Assembly: GCA_033762255.1 (NCBI GenBank)
Contig: JANRLT010000072.1
Span: 31,156 to 95,155, forward strand
DNA: 64,000 nucleotides
Source: Pirellulales bacterium
Lineage (GTDB): Bacteria; Planctomycetota; Planctomycetia; Pirellulales; JALHPA01
Direction: 5' to 3'
Shown in pieces: positions 9,364 through 18,338 of this stretch (within the stretch, counting starts at the first letter, position 1; each line of letters opens with the position of its first letter). The position numbers were made by a program, and so were the translations under genes. The notes beneath the pieces were generated by a model, which saw only the letters and a program-made list of their open reading frames with translations, made no database searches and was not told the DNA's origin.

Positions 9364-10269
9364 TTATCGGCTCATTGCCAATAGGCTGCGTTGGTTCAGA
9401 TAGTCCGCTAGGACCTCGGCCATGGGGCGGCTGGTGTCGACCACGACATGCTCCACGCGGTTGCGGTAGCAAATTTCGGCCAAGTTATCCTGGAATTTGC
9501 GCAGGGCCTGCAAGTAGCCGCGGCGCAGTTCGTCCGGTTGGGTCAGGATTTCCTCGGTGATTTCCAGGCCGACGAACTTTACCATCCCCTCAAAGTCGAA
9601 TTCCAGTTCGTCGTGATGCAATGTTTGAAAGAGGATCACTTCGTGCTTGTTGTAGCGCATTTGCTGCAGGGCGGATTCCAACCCGCTCAGATCCGTCAAA
9701 AAGTCGCTAAAGATCATGATAATTTGCCGCCGGCCCATGCGCCCGGTCAGCTCCGACAGGCATTCGGTCAGGCTGGTCTTTTCGACGGGTTGGATTTTAT
9801 CCAGATGTTCTGTCATGCGCAGAATTTGCGACATGCTGTTACTGGGGGGAATGACGCCGCGGATTTGCGTGTCAAACGTGGCCAGCGCGACCTTGTCGCT
9901 TTGCTTGACAATGGAATACCCCAGCGAAACAAGCATCTTGGCGGCATAGGCCAGCTTTTGTTGTTCGTCGGCGCCGTAGCGCATCGACGCGCTCACGTCC
10001 AACAGCAGATGCGCGACAAAGTTGGTCTCCATCTCGTACTGTTTGATGAAGTACTTGTCGCGGGTAAAGTACACCCGCCAGTCGATATGCTTGGGATCGT
10101 CCCCCGGTGCGTACTCGCGATGACCGGCGAATTCCACCGCAAAACCGGCGAGCGGCGATTTGTGCGCGCCGGCCAGATTGCCCAGCACCAACTGCCGCGG
10201 CTCAAAATGCCGGTCGGCCACCTGGGCGAGAACGGCCGGATCGAGATAGCGATTAAGGAGGGACTGCAT
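9364..10269 (-). CDS. DUF58 family protein (MoxR-associated, VWA-like)
   Basis: Typical DUF58 N-terminus (G.H.S...G...EF...R.Y..GDD...IDW: GAHKSPLAGFAVEFAGHREYAPGDDPKHIDWRV) and LLLDVSASM. Directly downstream of MoxR. Start trimmed to the ATG at 10269. Confidence 0.85.
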   Translation of the reverse strand: MQSLLNRYLDPAVLAQVADRHFEPRQLVLGNLAGAHKSPLAGFAVEFAGHREYAPGDDPKHIDWRVYFTRDKYFIKQYEMETNFVAHLLLDVSASMRYGADEQQKLAYAAKMLVSLGYSIVKQSDKVALATFDTQIRGVIPPSNSMSQILRMTEHLDKIQPVEKTSLTECLSELTGRMGRRQIIMIFSDFLTDLSGLESALQQMRYNKHEVILFQTLHHDELEFDFEGMVKFVGLEITEEILTQPDELRRGYLQALRKFQDNLAEICYRNRVEHVVVDTSRPMAEVLADYLNQRSLLAMSR

Positions 10270-10276
10270 AGGGACC

Positions 10277-10312
10277 AATTAAGAATGAAGAATTATGAAT
10301 GAAGAATGGGGG
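10277..10312 (+). repeat. AT-rich AAGAAT-type repeat (left-TIR type), 7 nt upstream of the DUF58 start
   Basis: aattaagaatgaagaattatgaatgaagaatggggg, nearly identical to 18184-18216. Confidence 0.6.
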
Positions 10313-10524
10313 TGATGTAATGGTGTTAGTTAAATTTTCCTAAGCTCCTACGCATCCCTGCCACCCTGCTCCCCAGCGCCCTGCTTCGTGCTTGGATATG
10401 CTTATTACGTACCAGAAGGCAAGAACGAGTTTTGTCCCGCCACCCAGTTCGTCTCTAGCTTGCACGCTCCGCTGCGCGTCGCGGCTAACCATCTCCCGTC
10501 TCTCACCTCCCATCTCCACCCGAC

Positions 10525-11559
10525 TCACGCCGCGGGGCGCTCGTACTTCTTATCCGCCGGGATTTTCTCTAATAGCATCTCGATCAGCTTTTCGCTATTG
10601 ATCGACGCCGCCTGGGCCGCGTAATTGCACGCAATCCGGTGCCGCAGGGCCGGCTTGGCCACGGCCTGCACGTCACCCAAGGTCGCATGATAACGCCCGT
10701 ACAAAATCGCCCGCGCCTTGGCCGCGGTGACAAGGGTTAGCACGCCGCGGGGTCCCGCCCCCCAGCCGGCCCATTTGTTGACAAAGTCCGGCGCTTCCGA
10801 TTGGCCGGGGCGCGTGGCCCGGACCAACGCCCAGGCATAGCCCAGCACTTGATCACTGACCGGCACGCGGGTGACCAGTTTTTGAAGATCCAGAATTTCC
10901 TCGCCGGACAGGACAGGGCGAATTTCTCCCTGGCCGCCGCTAGTGACCCGGCGGGCAACGTCCCATTCCTCCGCCGCGCTGGGATAATCGACCTTGATAT
11001 ACAACAAAAAGCGGTCGAGCTGCGCCTCGGGCAGGGGATACGTCCCTTCCTGCTCGAGCGGGTTTTGCGTGGCCAGCACAAAAAACGGCGAGGGAAGCTT
11101 GTGCACCTGGCCCCCGGCGGAGATTTGCCGTTCTTGCATCGCCTCTAGCATGGCGGCCTGCGTCTTGGGCGGAGTGCGGTTGATTTCATCCGCCAGGATC
11201 AGATTGGCAAACAGGGGCCCGGGCAAAAATTTGTACGCCCGCTGCCCCGACTGCAGGTCTTCTTGGATCACTTCGGTTCCGGTGATGTCGCTGGGCATCA
11301 GATCGGGCGTGAACTGAATCCGCTTGAACGATAAATGCAGCGACTGCGCCAAGGAGCTAATGAGGAGCGTTTTGGCCAGACCGGGAACGCCCTCTAACAA
11401 GGCGTGGCCGCGGGCAAAGACGGCGACCAAGACCTGTTCGATGACATCCTGCTGGCCCACGATTACCTTGGACAATTCGTCCTTGATGGTGTTGTAAGCT
11501 TTTTCACATCTCTGCACGGCGGCGACATCGGCGGGGGGTATGGCAAGTTGGTCAGTCAT
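10525..11559 (-). CDS. MoxR-family AAA+ ATPase
   Basis: Walker A GVPGLAKT, Walker B LLADEINR, QNPLEQEGTYPLPEAQLDRF block. Start trimmed to the ATG at 11559 (MTDQLAIPP...). Confidence 0.9.
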   Translation of the reverse strand: MTDQLAIPPADVAAVQRCEKAYNTIKDELSKVIVGQQDVIEQVLVAVFARGHALLEGVPGLAKTLLISSLAQSLHLSFKRIQFTPDLMPSDITGTEVIQEDLQSGQRAYKFLPGPLFANLILADEINRTPPKTQAAMLEAMQERQISAGGQVHKLPSPFFVLATQNPLEQEGTYPLPEAQLDRFLLYIKVDYPSAAEEWDVARRVTSGGQGEIRPVLSGEEILDLQKLVTRVPVSDQVLGYAWALVRATRPGQSEAPDFVNKWAGWGAGPRGVLTLVTAAKARAILYGRYHATLGDVQAVAKPALRHRIACNYAAQAASINSEKLIEMLLEKIPADKKYERPAA

Positions 11560-11654
11560 GGGTGTTGGAAGTTGGAGGAATGGAGTTTGAAGTTTGGAGT
11601 AATAAAGGAATGACGGAGAATGGAGCAACGAGCTGTGTTGGAGTGATGTATTCC

Positions 11655-11686
11655 AATTCTTAATTCCTAATTTTTAATTCTTAATT
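11655..11686 (+). repeat. AT-rich repeat (right-TIR type)
   Basis: aattcttaattcctaatttttaattcttaatt resembles 18302-18325. It lies in the 135-bp spacer between the giant gene and moxR. A degenerate left-type half lies at about 11596-11635. Confidence 0.55.
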
Positions 11687-11694
11687 GAATGAAA

Positions 11695-14600
11695 CTATTC
11701 CACGTTCTCATAGTAGCGCCGCAAGCGTTCCTCGTAGCCGCGGGGAGCGGTTCCCTTGACATTGCCGCGAATGGCGTTGCGCAATTCCGGTGGAAGCTTG
11801 GCAAACCAGGCGTTTTCTTTGTTTTGCAGGGTGGCATTGGCCACATCGCGGGGCCCTTCGGTTGCGGTGCGGCTGTCTGCGGCCTTGGGCTTGGTCAATT
11901 GCAAATCACCCGGAGGCACCGCCGTATTCTGAGCTTCGCTCCCTCCTTTGGATGAGCCCCCCGCGCTGCCAGCGGCACTGGTCGGACCGCTACTAGCCTG
12001 TTGGCTATTTCCAGGTTGTGTCCCCGGCTGCGAACCCTGTTCCATGCCTTGACCTTGACCCATGCCTTGACCCTGCCCCATTCCCTGGCCCATGCCGCTG
12101 GCTGCCGCGGCCTGCGCGACGGCACTAGCCTGGGCGGTGGCCTGGGAACCGGCAATGGCGGCGGCCGTCGCCTGGGGGGAATTAGGCACAAAACCGGTCC
12201 CTAGCGGCGCAGAGCCTTGCCCCTGCCCCATGCCCTGGCCCATCCCTTGGCCTTGTCCCATGCCCTGCCCCATCCCTTGCCCCTGCCCCATTCCCTGACC
12301 TTCACCCATGCCCATACCTTGGCCTTGCCCCATGCCCTGCCCCATGCCTTGGCCTTCACCCATGCCCTGACCTTCACCTTGACCTTGGCCCATGCCAGAA
12401 GATTGGGGCTGACTGCCGGGTGCGGCCGCGGGTTCACCCCCGTTGATCGGTAGTTGAGAGGCGAGTTGCAATGCCTCGCGGATCGGCTGGTTGGCCACTT
12501 CGGCCTGGCCAGAAATTTGCTCGGCCCCTTGACCCGTGGCGGATTGCGCTTGCGCGAATTGGTTCTGGGCGTTGGCCAGTTGTGCGGCGGCGGCTAACTG
12601 CGCTGGTGTGGGAGCATTATTACCAGCGGGAGCACTCCCCATTGGTTGACCGCTCCCCATTGGTTGACCGCTCCCCATTGGTTGGCCGCTCCCCATTGGT
12701 TGGCCGCTCCCCATTGGTTGGCCGTTTGCTTCTTGGTTGGCGGCGTCACTGGCGGCTGACTCGCTTGCCGCGGATTCACTGGCGGCGGACTGTGTCGCGG
12801 CGGTTAATTGCTCGGCCGCTTTTACAATTTCGTCCCGGGCGGTTTGCTGCGTCTCGGCCAATTTGGCGAGGGATTCGGCAATTGCCTTGTCCCGTTCGAT
12901 CCGCTGTTCGCGGGCGGCCAAATTTGCCGCGGCCCGCTCGATGGCCCGCTCTTTTGCAGCCGCATTCGCGGCGGCTTTTTCGGGAGTTGCGTGAGACTCG
13001 GCGGCGGCTTCCCGCGCTGCGGATTGAGCATCCTTTAAAGCCGCCCGCGCACCGGGATCCACATTGGCCGTTTGTTCAGCGGCACTCCCCAGGGGAGCAA
13101 CCTGCTTTTGGGCATCGGTCGCTTGTTGCGCGGCCAACTGTTCCTTGGCAGTGGCGACATCCGCCGCGGCCTGATTCAGTTCCTGCGCGGTGGCTTGCTG
13201 CGCTGCTTGGGTTTGTGCGGCGTCACTCGCTTGCGCGGCTTGGGCCGCTTTTTGGGAATCCGCCTGAGCCTGGCCCAGCTTGGCCGCGGCTTGCGGAGCA
13301 TCCTGGGACGCGGCGGCCTGCGCCGCGGCGGCCTGCTGGGTTACTTGATCCTGCGCGGCGACGTCCGCCTTGCCCGGTGGTTGCTTGGCGGCTTCGTTGG
13401 CGGCATCCCGCGCGGCGGCTTTGGCCAATTCCCCGGCTTTATTCAACGCGGCGTTGGCCTGTTCCCGCGCGGCGGCGGCGGCCGCGGGATTATTGCCCAC
13501 GGTTTCTTTGGCGGCTTGCTGGCCGGCGGCCGCGGCATTGGCCAATTCCTGGGCAATGGGTTGCTGCGCGGCATCGGCACCGGCCGCTTTTGCTAGTTCG
13601 CCAGCTTGGTCGGCCGCGGCTTGTTGCGCGGTGGCGGCATCAAAAGGTGTGTCCGCCTTTCCCATAGCCAGGTCTTGTGCGGCTTGGTTGGCTCCCGCTT
13701 GGGCTTTTTGGGCTTGGGCGATTTTACGGGCCAGGTCGGCTTTTTGAGCCGCAGCGGGATGGCCAGCGGCGTTCTGCTGCGCGACCTGCGCCTGCGCGAT
13801 GTGATCTGCCGCAGTGTCCAACTGCGCCAATCGATCCGCCAGTGATTCCGTCTGTTGGCTTTGCACGTTATCGACCGCGGCCTGGGCCTGGGCGACTTCG
13901 GCCAGTTGTCTGTCCGCCTCGGCGGAGAGCTGTTTGGCCGAGTTGGCGATCTCCTTGCGCAGTTCCGCCGCGGCCTGGGTGAGCTTTTCGGCGGCATTAT
14001 TTGCGGCGGCGGCGGTCTTGGCGGCGGCCTGCTGGGCCGCCGAGTTATTTTTTGTTGCGGTATTGGCGTCAGTGGGATTGGCCTGATCCGTATTGTTTGC
14101 CATATCCGCGGCCTTAGCGGCGGTTTGGGCTTCCTTGAGCGCGGCGGCGGCTTCGGCCAGGGCGGGCTGGGCCGCGTCTAGGGTTTGCGCGGCGTTGGGG
14201 GCGGCAGCCTTGACGCCAGCGGCGGTTTTTTCGGCAATTTGTTGAATGTCATTTTGTTGACCAGCCAGGTCATTGGCCGCGTGCGGCGCCAGGCCGTCTT
14301 CCTTTGCGGAATCGGCCGCTTGATTGGCGATTTCCCGTTCGGCGGCGGCGGCCCGTTCGAGCGCCTCGGCGGCGCGGGCAAGTTCGCCAATCTCCACGCC
14401 CAATTGCGCGCGTTTGGTGTCATTGATCGCCGCGGCGATCTCCGCGGCGGCTCGCTCGAGCGCGTCATTGGCGGCTGCATTGGCCTGTTTGGCCTGGTTG
14501 TTTTGTTCAGCGGTGGCTGGTTGATCGGGCGCGGTGGCCTGGGCGGCGGCGGCTTTCTCGGCGGCGGCAAGGGCATCCTTCGCCGCTTCGGCCGCTTGCT

Positions 14601-16053
14601 CTAGTCTGGCATCGACCGGCGGCGGGACATCCGTCGCGGCGGCCGCAGCGGCCAGTTGCTCCGCCGCGCTTTGCAGTTCATCCTTTGCTTGGGCGGCGGC
14701 TTTTTGGAGGATATCTTTTTGCGCCGCTTTTTGTTGCTCGCGGGCGGCATTTACCTGATTTTTAGCGGACTCGAGCACTGCCAGTTGCCGGGCCAGGTCC
14801 TCCGCCGAGCGGTCCGTGCGATCGGCCTCAATCGCCGAACGTAACTGCTGTTCGATCTCCGCCAGATTGCCCAGGACTTTGCCCTGTTCCTGGTCGGCCA
14901 GGGGCTGGTTTGATTCCAAGAGTTTGGCCGCGCTTTCTAATGCGGCGGTTTTGGCCTGTTCGAGGTATGGCTCGGCGCTGGGAAGTTCGGCCAAAGCCTG
15001 GGTCAACTGGCCTAACTCTTTATGCAGTTCAAATTGTTCCTGGCTGAGCTTGCCCGCCACGTCGGGCTGATCGAGTTGGCTGTCCTTGGCCAGTTCGCGC
15101 AGCTTTTCTTGCTTTTCGATCATTTCGCGGACAAATTGCAGCATGGCCTCGCGATCGGTGCCAATCAACCCTTGGGTTTCCTGAATTTTATCGAGCAGAG
15201 CGCGCAGCCCCTTGAGGATGTGTTGTTCGCTTTTCTTGGCGGCGGGCCAAGCGGCGACTTGCAGATGCTGGATCGAGGCGTCAAATTCGACCCCCACCTG
15301 CCCCGCGCGGAGGATGCGTATGCCATCGGCCGCCCCCGCGCCAACGGCCCCTTCCCATTTACTGACGGTTGTCAGCAGATTGACAAGCGTGACAAACAGG
15401 TTGGAAACATCCCGCTGGTCCTGGATCAGCGCCAATTGCAGCGGAAGTCGCTGTTGGTCGGGCGCGGCTTCGGTTTTTTCAGTATTGTTCAGGGCGGTGG
15501 TTTCCAACTCGATTAAGCGTTTGACCTGCGCGGCGATCTCCGCCACTTTCAATCGTTTGGCCAAATTCTGGCGTTCCACCGCTAACCGCATCACAATGTC
15601 GCGGATTTTATCGCGGGCCTGCGTAAATTTGGTGGTGCGGGTGGCCGACGGCGTTTGGGAATTCAAGGCATCGGTCAGCAGTAGCACGACTTCCTGCATT
15701 TCGCTTTCAATCAGGCCGTCGATGTTCTCGCGCATCGAGCGGATGTCCTTGAACAAATCGAGCTTGGTCAGGCCGTTTTGTTCGAGTTGCTTGAGTTGAA
15801 TGTCCAAGATTCCCCCCACCAATTCGCGGGCCATGGCCTTGGCCCGTTGTTGGGCTTCTTGCTTGGCCTTGACAGAACCAGGCGTCACTGCGGCGGAATT
15901 CTCCCCATTGGTCGCGGCTGCCGTGGCGGGAGAGTTTTTGGCCACAGGCGAGGTCTGTGCGGGCGCGATCTGTGGGGACGCAACGACGGCAGCCAATCCA
16001 GATAACAAGAAGAAAACTATCCGCGGGGTAATGCAGGCAAATTTAATATTCAT
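11695..16053 (-). CDS. Giant secreted Ala/Gln-rich coiled-coil protein with Met-Gly-Gln repeat tracts (function unknown)
   Basis: Signal-peptide-like N-terminus (MNIKFACITPRIVFFLLSGLAAVVASPQIAPAQ). About 1000 aa of helical A/Q/E/K-rich sequence, then (GQPMGS)5, (GQGM)n blocks and a basic tail ...LPPELRNAIRG...YEERLRRYYENVE. The ATG overlaps the upstream stop (ATGA at 16050-16053). Confidence 0.7.
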   Translation of the reverse strand: MNIKFACITPRIVFFLLSGLAAVVASPQIAPAQTSPVAKNSPATAAATNGENSAAVTPGSVKAKQEAQQRAKAMARELVGGILDIQLKQLEQNGLTKLDLFKDIRSMRENIDGLIESEMQEVVLLLTDALNSQTPSATRTTKFTQARDKIRDIVMRLAVERQNLAKRLKVAEIAAQVKRLIELETTALNNTEKTEAAPDQQRLPLQLALIQDQRDVSNLFVTLVNLLTTVSKWEGAVGAGAADGIRILRAGQVGVEFDASIQHLQVAAWPAAKKSEQHILKGLRALLDKIQETQGLIGTDREAMLQFVREMIEKQEKLRELAKDSQLDQPDVAGKLSQEQFELHKELGQLTQALAELPSAEPYLEQAKTAALESAAKLLESNQPLADQEQGKVLGNLAEIEQQLRSAIEADRTDRSAEDLARQLAVLESAKNQVNAAREQQKAAQKDILQKAAAQAKDELQSAAEQLAAAAAATDVPPPVDARLEQAAEAAKDALAAAEKAAAAQATAPDQPATAEQNNQAKQANAAANDALERAAAEIAAAINDTKRAQLGVEIGELARAAEALERAAAAEREIANQAADSAKEDGLAPHAANDLAGQQNDIQQIAEKTAAGVKAAAPNAAQTLDAAQPALAEAAAALKEAQTAAKAADMANNTDQANPTDANTATKNNSAAQQAAAKTAAAANNAAEKLTQAAAELRKEIANSAKQLSAEADRQLAEVAQAQAAVDNVQSQQTESLADRLAQLDTAADHIAQAQVAQQNAAGHPAAAQKADLARKIAQAQKAQAGANQAAQDLAMGKADTPFDAATAQQAAADQAGELAKAAGADAAQQPIAQELANAAAAGQQAAKETVGNNPAAAAAAREQANAALNKAGELAKAAARDAANEAAKQPPGKADVAAQDQVTQQAAAAQAAASQDAPQAAAKLGQAQADSQKAAQAAQASDAAQTQAAQQATAQELNQAAADVATAKEQLAAQQATDAQKQVAPLGSAAEQTANVDPGARAALKDAQSAAREAAAESHATPEKAAANAAAKERAIERAAANLAAREQRIERDKAIAESLAKLAETQQTARDEIVKAAEQLTAATQSAASESAASESAASDAANQEANGQPMGSGQPMGSGQPMGSGQPMGSGQPMGSAPAGNNAPTPAQLAAAAQLANAQNQFAQAQSATGQGAEQISGQAEVANQPIREALQLASQLPINGGEPAAAPGSQPQSSGMGQGQGEGQGMGEGQGMGQGMGQGQGMGMGEGQGMGQGQGMGQGMGQGQGMGQGMGQGQGSAPLGTGFVPNSPQATAAAIAGSQATAQASAVAQAAAASGMGQGMGQGQGMGQGQGMEQGSQPGTQPGNSQQASSGPTSAAGSAGGSSKGGSEAQNTAVPPGDLQLTKPKAADSRTATEGPRDVANATLQNKENAWFAKLPPELRNAIRGNVKGTAPRGYEERLRRYYENVE
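12026..12400. repeat. Degenerate 12-18 bp repeats encoding (GQGM/GEGQGM)n
   Basis: Two blocks (about 12026-12110 and 12215-12400) of ccatgcc[ct]tg[ag]cc-type periodic sequence. The protein reads GMGQGMGQGQGMGMGEGQGMGQGQG... Confidence 0.85.
12635..12724. repeat. Five tandem 18-bp repeats inside the giant CDS
   Basis: ctccccattggttg[ag]ccg x5. Units 1-2 are identical, units 3-5 are identical, and the two groups differ at one base. Encodes (GQPMGS)5. Confidence 0.9.
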
Positions 16054-18176
16054 GGGTTCCCTCCGGTTTGCACCTTTAAGATGGTGTCCAATAAGCGCGC
16101 GGCTCGTTCATCATATTCGGCTGAAGCGGCAAAGACGCCGCTCTCATCGGTAATCTGCAAATAAAGCGGATCGCTGGCGGCAACCTTGCCAGGCAGCGTG
16201 CCCCGATCGTCAATCGCCTCCATGACCAGCTTGACCTGATCCCCCACGTTGAGTTGATAAGGCGTCAAATCAAGTTCAAAAGCCCGCGCCAGGGGGAGGC
16301 TCTCGCGCGTTAGGGGAGGCGTAAACAAAGCCACTTCCAGCGGCTGCGGGTTGAGCGCGGGGTCGCTGGATTGGCTGGCGCCGGGGTCGGCAGCGGAAGT
16401 TGAATTTGAATTGGCAGTTTCCGGGGCGGACAGCGTGGGCGAGGCGGCGATCGCGGCGGTGATGTCGTTATCCGGCTCCCCCTGCGAGTCGGAGTTGGAG
16501 GACGTCGAGTCGGGGCGGCGATTGAAACCACCTATCGACGCGCCAAACCGGCTAGCGGCGGCGGCCACGGGCTGTTGCGCGGTACGCAGAATTTCCACCC
16601 GCAGGCGAATTTTTCCCAACCCATAATCATCCGTGGCCCGGTAATCCAACTGTGGTTTGGCCGTGGCCAGCCAATGCTGCGCCACCGCGGACATGGCCAC
16701 GGTGGGAGGGCGGTCGGGCTTGATGCGGATCAGCCCCTCTAACTCGCCACTGGAGCTGAGCTCGTCCTCGTCCAACACGTCAATTTTGAATCGCACCACG
16801 TCATGAATTTCCGCCAAGGCATCCCCCGCGGCGGGACGATAGACCCATTTGGTTTTTTCCTCGTTCAGGGGCGTCAAGGAAACTTTCCGTTCGCTAGGGG
16901 CTGGTTTCGCGGCTGCTTCAGCGGCTGGCGCGCTGGCGGTCAGGCCATTTACGATTGGGGAGGAACTGTTCGCGGCGGAGTTAGTTGTCGGCGAGTTAGT
17001 TGTCGGCGAGTCGGTTCCCGCGTTTGCCCCATTGGATTTAGTTGGCGTTTCCAAAAGCGTCAACGTGGCCGATCGCAGCTTTTTATTTGTACAAGCCAGA
17101 TTAATGGCCACGGAGGAACCCTCGACCACCGCGATTTGTCGCACGCCCGGGTCAATTGGCGGTTGCCCCCCCGCCTGGCGGACATATTCAGGGGCGGTCA
17201 CCGCTAATTGCAGTTCCAAACTAGGGAGCGGGATCACACCGACCAGCGCGGGGTCGGTCTGCGCGTCACCCAGACTGATCTCGCACTGCACATCCTCTAG
17301 TAACTGCGGAATGATGGCCTCATACGTTTTGCCACTGGCGGAATTTTTAGCCTGGGATTCAATAGCATCATTCGTCTCCGCTGTCTTACTGGTTGAATGC
17401 CCGCTAGAAGAGGCTGTCGCCGCGCTGGGGACTAACTCGACATCGCGCGTCGCCGTGGGGGTCCGCAACACAATTTTTCCGCCCGGGGGAAGCTCCCCGG
17501 CGGCGGTCACGCGCACCACCAACGGTTGGGCATACGGACTGCGAATTTTTGCCGCTTCCGGCACGAGCGGGTCAACCGTGGTGGTGCCCACCTGCCAGCC
17601 GACAATTTGCGTCGCCGTGGGATAATACGCCCGGACAAAAGCCAAGCGTTGCAAGAAGGCCCACGCGTGCCCATGATATAAAAAAACCAGACCCCCCAAT
17701 ATGACAACCACCGCCGCCAGCCAGCCCGCCCGGCGGACAAATTCGCGCCGGTCCAAACCGGCAAAAATATTCAGCCCCTTGGCAAAATCCGCTACATAAT
17801 CCACAACAGCATGCTGTAAATGGGTGGAGCCCCAATCCTTGGCCGGGGCGTCTTCAAATTGCAGTGCCGCAATTAAATCCGAATCGATTTGATGTTGCCG
17901 TTCGACAAACAGGGCCATTTCTTGGGTTGTTTCGGCCCGGCGCAAATGCGGGGCCAAGTACTTGCGATAGGCCCAAACGCTGGCGATGATTGCCACGCCC
18001 CAGGCGACAACTCGCTGCAACACCGTCAGGCGGAGAGAGTAATCCAACCAAAAGAAGACAAACAAGATACCTAAAATAGCCAACACAAACCCGCTCCAGC
18101 CGGTTCCCCAGCGGATCGCCTGTCGCTTTTGCGAAAGGGATTCGAGTTGGCGGCGAAGCTGTGCGAGTTGGGACAT
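16050..18176 (-). CDS. Hypothetical membrane protein (two N-terminal TM helices plus a large soluble region)
   Basis: N-terminal TM pair (WSGFVLAILGILFVFFWL, VVAWGVAIIASVWAY) and a low-complexity S/T/N/A linker with tandem SPTTN. Coupled to the downstream giant gene. Start trimmed to the ATG at 18176. Confidence 0.65.
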   Translation of the reverse strand: MSQLAQLRRQLESLSQKRQAIRWGTGWSGFVLAILGILFVFFWLDYSLRLTVLQRVVAWGVAIIASVWAYRKYLAPHLRRAETTQEMALFVERQHQIDSDLIAALQFEDAPAKDWGSTHLQHAVVDYVADFAKGLNIFAGLDRREFVRRAGWLAAVVVILGGLVFLYHGHAWAFLQRLAFVRAYYPTATQIVGWQVGTTTVDPLVPEAAKIRSPYAQPLVVRVTAAGELPPGGKIVLRTPTATRDVELVPSAATASSSGHSTSKTAETNDAIESQAKNSASGKTYEAIIPQLLEDVQCEISLGDAQTDPALVGVIPLPSLELQLAVTAPEYVRQAGGQPPIDPGVRQIAVVEGSSVAINLACTNKKLRSATLTLLETPTKSNGANAGTDSPTTNSPTTNSAANSSSPIVNGLTASAPAAEAAAKPAPSERKVSLTPLNEEKTKWVYRPAAGDALAEIHDVVRFKIDVLDEDELSSSGELEGLIRIKPDRPPTVAMSAVAQHWLATAKPQLDYRATDDYGLGKIRLRVEILRTAQQPVAAAASRFGASIGGFNRRPDSTSSNSDSQGEPDNDITAAIAASPTLSAPETANSNSTSAADPGASQSSDPALNPQPLEVALFTPPLTRESLPLARAFELDLTPYQLNVGDQVKLVMEAIDDRGTLPGKVAASDPLYLQITDESGVFAASAEYDERAARLLDTILKVQTGGNP

Positions 18177-18183
18177 GGGAGGC

Positions 18184-18325
18184 AATTAAGAATTATGAAT
18201 GAAGAATGAAGAATGGGGATTGAACGAGTTCGGTGGTTGATAAAAAAAGCGAATTCAGCAATACATTGGTTGAATGAAAAACAAACAACACTGAATAATT
18301 AATTCTTAATTTTTAATTCTTAATT
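18184..18325. mobile_element. MITE-like AT-rich element with 24-bp terminal inverted repeats
   Basis: The left end (18184-18207) is aattaagaattatgaatgaagaat. The reverse complement of the right end (18302-18325) is aattaagaattaaaaattaagaat. They match at 21 of 24 positions. The 142-bp AT-rich body fills an intercistronic spacer of a GC-rich operon. Confidence 0.55.
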
Positions 18326-18338
18326 ACTAATTACCCCA

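Noticed and set aside
9448-10302. 284-aa plus-strand ORF opposite the DUF58 gene, and a 206-aa ORF at 24264-24884 opposite the prenyltransferase-like gene
   Set aside because: The opposite-strand genes carry recognisable family motifs. These ORFs have none and are rich in Leu, Arg, Gln and His from antisense codons.
12471-13667. 398-aa plus-strand ORF, and many other 60-180-aa ORFs, overlapping the giant minus-strand gene
   Set aside because: These are Arg/Pro/Leu-rich antisense shadow ORFs typical of GC-rich, Ala-codon-rich sequence. The minus-strand frame has a signal peptide, an uninterrupted 1452 codons and operon context.
11695-16053. The giant coiled-coil protein considered as a phage tape-measure or prophage remnant
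   Set aside because: No phage structural, integrase or terminase genes lie nearby. It has a signal peptide and is translationally coupled within the MoxR/VWA operon.
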